Under the pieces are notes generated by a model. That model was not told the DNA's origin. It did no database searches and was given only the letters and a program-made list of their open reading frames with translations. Shown here in pieces: positions 53,601-64,000 of a stretch of DNA of 64,000 bases (its first letter is position 1; every line of letters starts with the position of its first letter). Origin of the DNA: Eledone cirrhosa (taxonomy: Eukaryota); the NCBI GenBank assembly GCA_964016885.1, contig OZ024742.1, positions 6,758,001 through 6,822,000 of the forward strand. The letters are read 5' to 3'. The translations under genes were made by a program, and so were the position numbers.

Positions 53601-55445
53601 TGTGTATGTGTGTATAATGAATATCTGTGTATGTGTGTATAATGTATATCTGTGTATGTGTGTATAATGTATATCTGTGTATGTGTGCATAATATATATC
53701 TGTGTATGTGTGTATTATGTATATCTGTGTATGTGTGAATAATGTATAACTGTGTATGTGTGTATAATGTATACCTGTGTATGTGTGCATAATGTATATC
53801 TCTGTATGTGTGTATAATGTATATCTGTGTATGTGTGTATAATGTATATCTGTATGTGTGTATAATGTATATCTGTGTATGTGTGTATAATGTATATCTG
53901 TGTATGTGTATAATGTATATCTGTGTATATGTGTATTATGTATAACTGTGTATGTGTGTATAATGTATATCTGTGTATATGTGTATGATGTATATCTGTG
54001 TATGTGTGTATAACGTATAGCTGTGTATGTGTGTTTAATGTATATATGTGTATGTTTGTATAATGTATATCTGTGTATGTGTATAATGTATATCTGTGTA
54101 TGTGTGTATAATGTATATCTGTGTATGTGTGTATAATGTATAACTGTGTATGTGTGTTTAATGTATATCCGTGTATGTGTGTATAATGTATATCTGTGTA
54201 TGTTTGTTTAATGTATATATGTGTATGTGTGTATAATGTATATCTGTGTATGTGTATAATGTATATCTGTGTATGTGTGTATAATGTATATGTGTGTCTA
54301 TGTTTATAATGTATATCTGTGTATGTGTGTATAATATATATCTGTGTATGTGTGTATAATGTATATCTGTGTATGTGTGTATAATGTATATCTGTGTATG
54401 TGTGTACAATGTATATCTGCGTATATGTGTATAATGTATATCTGTGTATGTGTGTATAATGTATATCTGTGTATGTGTGTATAATATATATCTGTGTATG
54501 TGTGTATAATGTATATCTGTGTATGTGTATATAATGTATAACTGTGTATGTGTATAATGTATATCTGTGTATATGTGTATAATGTATATCTGTGTATGTG
54601 TGTATAATGTATATCTGTGTATGTGTGTATAACGTATAACTGTGTGTGTGTGTATAATGTATAACTGTGTATGTGTATAATGTATATCTGTATATATTTG
54701 TATAATGTATATCTGTGTATGTGTATAATGTATATCTGTGTATGTGTGTATAATGTATATCTGTGTATATTTGTATAATGTATATCTGTGTATGTGTGTA
54801 TAATCTATATCTGTGTATGTGTGTATAATGTATAACTGTGTATGTGTGTATAATGTATATCTGTGTATGTGTATAATGTATATCTGTGTATGTGTGTATA
54901 ATGTATATCTGTGTATGTGTGTATAATGTATATCTGTGTATATTTGTATAATGTATATCTGTGTATGTGTGTATAATCTATATCTGTGTATGTGTGTATA
55001 ATGTATAACTGTGTATGTGTGTATAATGTATATCTGTGTATGTGTATAATGTATATCTGTGTATGTGTGTATAATGTATATCTGTGTATGTGTGTATAAT
55101 GTATATTTGTGCATGTGTGTATAATGTATGTCTGTGTATGTGTGTATAATGTATATTTGTGTATATGTGTATAATGTATATCTGTGTATGTATATAATGT
55201 ATATCTGTGTATGTGTGTATAATGTATATCTGTGTATGTGTGTATAATGTATATCTGTGTATATGTGTATAATGTATATCTGTGTATGTGTGTATAATGT
55301 ATATCTGTGTATGTGTGTATAATGTATATCTGTGTATGTGTGTATAACGTATATTTGTGTATGTGTGTATAATGTATATCTGTGTATGTATATAATGTAT
55401 ATCTGTGTATGTGTGTATAACGTATATCTGTGTATGTATATAACG
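47650..55445. repeat. 25-bp minisatellite, consensus ATGTATATCTGTGTATGTGTGTATA, with 23-bp variants
   Basis: Directly visible tandem units. Confidence 0.98.
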
Positions 55446-55593
55446 CATTATGCATAGAGTTACGTCTCTTTACGATCTCAGTTCAAATTCCGCCGAGGTT
55501 ATCTTTGCCTTTCATCCTTATGGGGTCGATAAAATAAAGTACCAGTAATGCACTGTTTCATTGCTGGCCTTGTGTCAAAAATAGAAACAATTA
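55446..55593 (+). mobile_element. 5'-truncated SINE between two satellites
   Basis: GAGTTACGTCTCTTTACGATCTCAGTTCAAATTCCGCCGAGGTT...GAAACAATT. Confidence 0.9.
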
Positions 55594-55624
55594 TGTATAT
55601 AGAAGAAGTCGTATAGGTTGTTTT

Positions 55625-58600
55625 TGTGAGTGTGTGTGGTTGCATGATATAGCGTTTGTGAGTATTGAGTGTATGTGATAGCGTGTGTGAGTGTATGAGT
55701 GTATGTGATAGCATGTGTGTGTGTGTGAGTGTCTGTGATAACGTACGAGTGTGTGAGTGTATGTGATAGCGCGTGTGAGTGTGTGAGTGTATATGATAGC
55801 GTGTGAGTGTGTGAGTGTATGTGATAGTGTGTGATAGCATGTGAGTGAGTGAGTGTATGTGATAGCGTGTGAGTGTGTGAGTGTATGTGATAGCATGTGA
55901 GCGTGTGAGTGTATGTGATAGCGTGTGAATGTGTGAGTGTATGTAATAGTATGTGACTGTGTTAGTGTATGTGATAGCATGTGAGTGTGTGAGTGTATGT
56001 GATAGCGTGTGAGTGTGTGAGTGTATGTGATAGCGTGTGAGTGTGTGAGTGTATGTGATAGCGTGTGACTGTGTGAGTGTGTGAGTGTATGTGATAGCAT
56101 GTGAGTGTGTGAGTCTATGTGATAGCATGTGAGTGTGTGAGTGTATGTGATAGCATGTGAGTGTGCGAGTCTATATGATAGCATGTGAGTTTGTGAGTGT
56201 ATGTTATGGCGTGTGAGTGTATGAGTGTATGTGATAGCGTGTGAGTGTGTGAGTGTATGTGATAGCGTGTGTGTGTGTGATAGCATGTGATAGCATGTGA
56301 GTGTGTGAGTGTATGTGATAGAGTGTGAGTGTGTGAGTGTATGTGATAGCGTGTGATAGCATATGAGTGTGTGAGTGTATGTGATAGCATGTGAGTGTGT
56401 GAGTGTATGTGATAGCGTGTGAGTGTGTAAGTGTATGTGATAGCGTGTGAGTGTGTGAGTGTATGTGATAGCGTGTGAGTGTGTGAGTGTATGTGATAGC
56501 GTTTGTGTGTGTGTGAGTGTATGTTATAGCGTGTGAGTGTGTGAGTGTATGTGATAGCCTGTGTGTGTGTGAGTGTATGTGATAGCGTGTGATAGCATGT
56601 GTGTGTGTAAGTGTATGTGATAGCGTGTGAGTGTGTGAGTGTATGTGATAGCGTGTGAGTGTGTGTATGGGTGTATGGGATGGCGTGTGATAGCATGTGA
56701 GTGTGTGAGTGTATGTGATAGCGAGTGAGTGTGTGAGTGTATGTGATAGCGTGTGAGTGTGTGAGTGTATGTGATAGCATGTAATTGTGTGAGTGTATGT
56801 GATACCGCGTGAGTGTGTGAGTGTATGTGATAGCGTGTGAGTGTGTGAGTGTATGTGATAGCGTGTGAGTGTGTGAGTGTATGTGATAGCATGTGAGTGT
56901 GTGAGTGTATGTGATAGCATGTGAGTGAGTGAGTGTATGTGATAGCGTGTGAGTGTGTGAGTGTATGTGATAGGGTGTGAGTGTGTGAGCGTATGTGATA
57001 GTGTGTGATAGCATGTGAGTGTGTGTGTGTATGTGATAGCGTGTGAGTGTCGGAGTGTATGTGATAGCGTGTGATAGCATGTGAGTGTGTGAGTGTATGT
57101 GATAGCATGTGAGTGTGTGAGTGTATGTGATAGCGTGTGATAGCATATGAGTGTGTGAGTGTATGTGATAGCATGTGAGTGTGTGAGTGTATGTGATAGC
57201 ATGTACGTGTGTGAGTGTATGTGATAGCGTGTGATAGCATGTGAGTGTGTGAGTGTATGTGATAGCGTGTGATAGCATGGGAGTGTGTGAGACTATGTGA
57301 TAGCGTGTGAGTGTGAGAGTGTATGTGATAGCGGGTGTGTGTGTGTGAGTGTATGTGCTAGCGTGTGAGTGTGTGAGTGTATGTGATAGCGTGTGAGTGT
57401 GTGAGTGTATGTGATAGGATGTGTGTGTGTGAGTGTATGTGATAGCATGTGAGTGTGTGAGTGTATGTGATAGCGTGTGAGTATGTGAGTGTATGTGATA
57501 GCGTGTGAGTGTGTGAGTGTATGTGATAGCGTCTGAGTTTGTGAGTGTATGTGATAGCGTGTGAGTGTGTGAGTGTATGTGATAGCGTGTGATAGCCTGT
57601 GAGTGGGTGAGTGTATGTGATAGCGTTGGAGTGTGTGAGTGTATGTGATACCATGTGAGTGTTTGAGTGTATGTGATAGCGTGTGAGTGTGTGTGTGTAT
57701 GTGATAGCATGTTAGTGTGTGAGTGTATGTGATAGCATGTTAGTGTGTGAGTGTGTGTGATAGCTTGTGATAGCATATGAGTGTGTTAGTGTATGTGATA
57801 GCGTGTGAGTGTGTGAGTGTATGTGATAGCGTGTGATAGTGTGTGATAGCATGTGAGTGTGTGAGTGTATGTGATAGCGTGTGAGTGTGTGAGTGTATGT
57901 GATAGCACGTGAGTGTGTGAGTGTATGTGATAGCATGTGAGTGTGTGAGTTTATGTGATTGCGTGTGATAGCTTGTGAGTGTGTGAGTGTATGTGATAGC
58001 GTGTGAGTGTGTGAGTGTATGTGATAGCGTGAGATAGCCTGTGAGTGTGTGAGTGTATGTGATAGCGTGTGAGTGTGTGAGTGCATGTGATAGCGTGTGA
58101 GTGTGTGAGTGTATGTGATAGTATGTGAGTGTGTGAGTGTATGTGATAGCATTTGAGTGTGTGAGTGTATGTGATAGCGTGTGAGTGTGTGAGTGTATGT
58201 GATAGCATGCGTGTGTGTGAGTGTATGTGATAGCAGGTGAGTGTGTGAGTGTATGTGATAGCATGTGAGAGTGTGAGTGTATGTGATAGCATGTGAGTGT
58301 GTGAGTGTATGTGATAGCGTGTGATAGCATGTGTGTGTGTGAGTGTATGTGATAGCATGTGAGTGTGTGAGTGTATGTGATAGCGGGTGAGTGTGTGAGT
58401 GTATGTGATAGCGTATGTGTGTGTGTGAGTGCATGTGATAGCATGTGAGTGTGTGAGTGTATGTGATAGCATGTGAGTGTGTTAGTGTATGTGATGGCGT
58501 GTGAGTGTGTGAGTGTATGTGATAGTGTGTGAGTGTGTGAGTGTATGTTATAGTGTGTGAGTGTGTGAGTGTATGTGATAGCGTGTGATAGCATATGAGT

Positions 58601-61600
58601 GTGTGAGTGTATGTGATAGAATGTACGTGTGTGAGTGTATGTGATAGCGTGTGATAGCATGTGAGTGTGTGAGTGTATGTGATAGCGTGTGATAGCATGG
58701 GAGTGTGAGAGACTATGTGATAGCATGTGAGTGTGAGAGTGTATGTGATAGCGGGTGTGTGTGTGTGAGTGTATGTGATAGCGTGTGAGAGTGTGAGTGT
58801 ATGTGCTAGCGTGTGAGTGTGTGAGTGTATGTGATAGCGTGTGAGTGTGTGAGTGTATGTGATAGGATGTGTGTGTGTGAGTGTATGTGATAGCATGTGA
58901 GTGTGTGAGTGTATGTGATAGCGTGTGAGTATGTGAGTGTATGTGATAGCGTGTGAGTGTGTGAGTGTATGTGATAGCGTGTGATAGCCTGCGAGTGTGT
59001 GAGTGTATGTGATAGCGTTGGAGTGTGTGAGTGTATGTGATACCATGTGAGTGTTTGAGTGTATGTGATAGCGTGTGAGTGTGTGTGTGTATGTGATAGC
59101 ATGTTAGTGTGTGAGTGTATGTGATAGCATGTTAGTGTGTGAGTGTGTGTGATAGCGTGTGATAGCATATGAGTGTGTTAGTGTATGTGATAGCGTGTGA
59201 GTGTGTGAGTGTATGTGATAGCGTGTGATAGTGTGTGATAGCATGTGAGTGTGTGAGTTTATGTGATAGCGTGTGAGTGTGTGAGTGTATGTGATAGCAT
59301 GTGAGTGTGTGAGTGTATGTGATAGCGTGTGAGTGTGTGAGTGTATGTGATTGCGTGTGATAGCTTGTGAGTGTGTGAGTGTATGTGATAGCGTGTGAGT
59401 GTGTGAGTGTATGTGATAGCGTGAGATAGCCTGTGAGTGTGTGAGTGTATGTGATAGCGTGTGAGTGTGTGCGTGTATGTGATAGCATGTGAGTGTGTGA
59501 GTGTATGTGATAGCGTGTGAGTGTGTGAGTGTATGTGATAGCGTGTTAGTGTGTGAGTGTATGTGTTAGCGTGTGAGTGTGTGAGTTTATGTGATAGAAT
59601 GTGAGTGTGTGAGTGTATGTGATAGCGTGTGAGTGTGTGAGTGTATGTGATAGTATGTGAGTGTGTGAGTGTATGTGATAGCATTTGAGTGTGTGAGTGT
59701 ATGTGATAGCGTGTGAGTGTGTGAGCGTATGTGATAGCATGCGTGTGTGTGAGTGTATGTGATAGCAGGTGATTGTGTGAGTGTATGTGATAGCATGTGA
59801 GAGTGTGAGTGTATGTGATAGCATGTGAGTGTGTGAGTGTATGTGATAGCGTGTGATAGCATCTGTGTGTGTGAGTGTATGTGATAGCATGTGAGTGTGT
59901 GAGTGTATGTGATAGCGGGTGAGTGTGTGAGTGTATGTGATAGCGTATGTGTGTGTGTGAGTGTATGTGATAGCATGTGATTGTGTGAGTGCATGTGATA
60001 GCATGTGAGTGTGTTAGTGTATGTGATGGCGTGTGAGTGTGTGAGTGTATGTGATAGTGTGTGAGTGTGTGAGTGTATGTGATAGCGTGTGAGTGTGTGA
60101 GTGTATGTGATAGCGTGTGATAGTGTGTGATAGCATGTGAGTGTGTGAGTGTATGTGATAGCGTGTGAGTGTGTGAGTGTATGTGATAGCATGTGAGTGT
60201 GTGAGTGTATGTGATAGCGTGTGAGTGTGTGAGTGTATGTGATTGCGTGTGATAGCTTGTGAGTGTGAGAGTGTATGTGATAGCGTGTGAGTGTGTGAGT
60301 GTATGTGATAGCGTGAGATAGCCTGTGAGTGTGTGAGTGTAGGTGATAGCGTGTGAGTGTGTGAGTGTATGTGTTAGCGTGTGAGTGTGTGAGTTTATGT
60401 GATAGAATGTGAGTGTGTGAGTGTATGTGATAGCGTGTGAGTGTGTGAGTGTATGTGATAGTGTGTGAGTGTGTGAGTGTATGTTATAGCGTGTGAGTGT
60501 GTGAGTGTATGTGATAGCATGTGTGTGTGTGAGTGTATGTGATACCGTGTGAGTGTGTGAGTGTATGTGATAGCGTGTGAGTGTGTGAGTGTATGTGATA
60601 GCATGTGAGTGTGTGAGTGTATGTGATAGCGTGTGAGTGTGTGAGTGTATGTGATAGCATGCGTGTGTGTGAGTGTATGTGATAGCAGGTGAGTGTGTGA
60701 GTGTATGTGATAGCATGTGAGAGTGTGAGTGTATGTGATAGCATGTGAATGTGTGAGTGTATGTGATAGCGTGTGATAGCATGTGTGTGTGTGAGTGTAT
60801 TTGATAGCATGTGAGTGTGTGAGTGTATGTGATAGCGGGTGAGTGTGTGAGTGTATGTGATAGCGTATGTGTGTCTGTGAGTGTATGTGATAGCATGTGA
60901 GTGTGTGAGTGTATGTGATAGCATGTGAGTGTGTTAGTGTATGTGATGGGGTGTGAGTGTGTGAGTGTATGTGATAGTGTGTGAGTGTGTGAGTGTATGT
61001 TATAGCGTGTGAGTGTGTGAGTGTATGTGATAGCATGTGTGTGTGTGAGTGTATGTGATACCGTGTGAGTGTGTGAGTGTATGTGATAGCGTGTGAGTGT
61101 GTGAGTGTATGTGATAGCATGTGAGTGTGTGAGTGTATGTGATAGCGTGTGAGTGTGTGAGTGTATGTTATAGCATGTGAGTTTGTGAGTATATGTGATA
61201 GCGTGTGATAGCATGTGAGTGTGTGAGTGTGTGATAGCATGTGAGTGTGTGAGTGTATGTGATAGCGTGTGAGTGTGTGAGTGTATGTGATAGCATGGGA
61301 GTGTGTGAGTGTATGTGATAGCTTGTGAGTGTGTGAGTGTATGTGATAGCGTGTGAGTGTGTGAGTGTACGTGATAGTGTGTGAGTTTGTGAGTGTATGT
61401 GATAGCGTGTGTGTGTGTGTGAGTGTATGTGATAGCATGTGAGTGTGTGAGTGTATGTGATAGCGGGTGAGTGTCTGAATGTATGTGATAGCATGTGAGT
61501 GTGTGAGTGTATGTGATAGCATGTGAGTGTGTGAGTGTATGTGAAAGCGTGTGAGTGTGTGAGTGTATGTGATAGCGTGTGATAGCATGTGATTGTGTGA

Positions 61601-64000
61601 GTGTATGTGATAGCATGTGAGTGAGTGAGTGTATGTGATAGCGTGTGAGTGTGTGAGTGTATGTGATAGCGTGTGAGTGTGTGAGTGTATGTGATAGCGT
61701 GTGAGTGTGTGAGTGTATGTGATAGCGTGTGATAGCATGTGAGTGTGTGAGTGTATGTGATAGCATGTGAGTGTGTGAGTGTATGTGATAGCGTGTGAGT
61801 GTGTGAGTGTATGTTATAGCGTGTGAGTGTGTGAGTGTATGTGATAGCGTGTGATAGCATGTGAGTGTGTGAGTGTATCTGATAGCATGTGAGTGTGTGA
61901 GTGTATGTAATAGCGTGTGTTATCATGTCAGTGTGTGAGTGTATGTTATAGCGTGTGAGTGTGTGAGTGTATGTGATAGCGTGTGATAGCATGTGAGTGT
62001 GTGAGTGTATCTGATAGCATGTGAGTGTGTGAGTGTATGTAATAGCGTGTGTTATCATGTCAGTGTGTGAGTGTATGTGATAGCATGTGAGTGTGTGAGT
62101 GTATGTGATAGTATGTGAGTGTGTGAGTGTATGTGATAGCGTCTGAGTGTGTCAGTGTATGTGATAGCATGTGAGTGTGTGAGTGTATGTGATAGCTTGT
62201 GAGTGTGTGAGTGTATGCGATAGCATGTGAGTGTGTGAGTGTACCTGATAGCCTGTGATTGTGTGAGTGTATGTGATAGCGTGTGTGTGGGTGTGAGTGT
62301 ATGTGATAGCATGTGAGTGTGTGAGTGTATGTGATAGCGTGAGAGTGTGTGAATGTATGTGATAGCATCTGATAACATGTGAGTGTGTGAATGTATGTGA
62401 TAGCATGTGAGTGTGTGAGTGTATGTGAAAGCGTATGAGTGTGAGTGTATGTGATGGCGTGTGAGAGTGTGAGTGTATGTGCTAGCGTGTGAGCGTGTGA
62501 GTGTGTGAGTGTATGTGATAGCGTGTGAGTGTGTGAGTGTATGTGATAGCGTGTGAGTGTGAGAGTGTATGTGATAGGATGTGTGTCTGTGAGTGTATGT
62601 GATAGCATGTGAGTGTGTGAGTGTATGTGATAGCGTCTGAGTGTGTGAGTGTATGTTATAGCGTGTGAGTGTGTGAGTGTATGTGATAGCGTGTGATAGC
62701 ATGTGAGTGTGTTAGTGTATGTGATAGCATGTGAGTGTTTGAGTGTATGTGATAGCATGTGAGTGTGTGAGTGTATGTGATAGCGTGTGAGTGTGTGAAT
62801 GTATGTGATAGCATCTGATAACATGTGAGTGTGTGAATGTACGTGATAGCATGTGAGTGTGTGAGTGTATGTGAAAGCGTGTGAGTGTGTAAATGTATGT
62901 GATGGCGTGTGAGAGTGTGAGTGTATGTGCTAGCGTGTGAGCGTGTGAGTGTGTGAGTGTATGTGATAGCGTGTGAGTGTGTGAGTGTATGTGATAGCGT
63001 GTGAGTATGTGAGTGTATGTGATAGCGTGTGAGTGTCTGAGTGTATGTCATAGCGTGTGAGTGTGTGAGTGTATGTGATAGCGTGTGAGTGTGTGAGTGT
63101 ATGTGATAGCGTGTGAGTATGTGAGTGTATGTGATAGCGTGTGAGTGTGTGAGTGTATGTCATAGCGTGTGAGTGTGTGAGTGTATGTGATAGCGTGTGA
63201 GTGTGTGAGTGTATGTGATAGCGTGTGAGTATGTGAGTGTATGTGATAGCGTGTGAGTGTGTGAGTGTATGTCATAGCGTGTGAGTGTGTGAGTGTATGT
63301 GATAGCGTGTGAGTGTGTGAGTGTATGTGATAGCGTGTGATAGCCTGTGAGTGTGTGAGTGTATGTGATAGCATGTTAGTCTGTGAGTGTGTGTGATAGC
63401 GTGTGATAGCATATGAGTGTGTGAGTGTATGTGATAGCGTGTGAGTGTGTGAGTGTATGTGATAGCGTGTGATAGTGTGTGATAGCATGTGAGTGTGTGA
63501 GTGTATGTGATAGCGTGTGAGTGTGTGAGTGTATGTTATAGCGTGTGAGTTTGTGAGTGTATGTGATAGCGTGTGAGTGTGTGAGTGTATGTGATAGCGT
63601 GTGATAGCCTGTGAGTGTGTGAGTGTATGTGATAGCGTGTGCGTGTGTGAGTGTATGTGATAGCATGTGAGTGTGTGAGTGTATGTGATAGCGTGTGAGT
63701 GTGTGAGTGTATGTGATAGCGTGTTAGTGTGTGAGTGTATGTGATAGCGTGTGAGTGGGTGAGTGTATGTGATAGCGTGTGAGAGTGTGAGTGTATGTGA
63801 TAGCATGTGAGTGTGTGAGTGTATGTGATAGCGTGTGTGTGTGTGAGTGTATGTGATAGCGTGTGATAGCATGTGTGTGTGTGAGTGTATGTGATAGCAT
63901 CTGAGTGTGTGAGTGTATGTGATAGCATGTGTGTGTGTGAGTGTATGTGATAGCATGTGAGTGTGTGAGTATATGTGATAGCGTGTGATAGCATGTGAGT
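55625..64000. repeat. 28-bp minisatellite, consensus GATAGCGTGTGAGTGTGTGAGTGTATGT, with interspersed 10-bp GATAGCGTGT units
   Basis: Directly visible, e.g. GATAGC at 56411 and 56439. Runs off the window end. Confidence 0.98.

Noticed and set aside
47593-63994. His/Thr/Tyr-rich ORFs up to 2065 aa
   Set aside because: The C/A-rich strand of the 25- and 28-bp satellites lacks stops. No domain, and all frames look alike.

Overview
Gene-poor, repeat-saturated animal genomic DNA. The SINE/LINE/Penelope mix points to a coleoid cephalopod, probably Octopus (inference, no search run). No host protein-coding gene can be supported, and almost all long ORFs in the track are translations of satellites. 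Contents: three large minisatellites (18, 25 and 28 bp units, each with kb-scale higher-order duplications); two GGT-based arrays; a cluster of non-autonomous Helitrons; many tRNA-derived SINEs; three decayed Penelope-like elements (RT + C-terminal GIY-YIG); one near full-length decayed Tx1/L1-clade LINE plus two 3' fragments, all ending in (TATC)n; two RTE-type LINE 3' ends; and MITEs. Two signals stand out. (1) At least five hand-foldable minimal type-I hammerhead ribozyme motifs with palindromic stem III (8392, 8813, 23118, 33577, 41439), several decayed ones, and one degenerate HDV-like candidate (33252). (2) A recurrent architecture of near-perfect fold-back duplications (15-700 bp arms) anchored on (TA)n tracts, involving Penelope-terminus-like DNA but also a SINE, a MITE tip and flanking DNA. 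All folds and alignments were done by eye.
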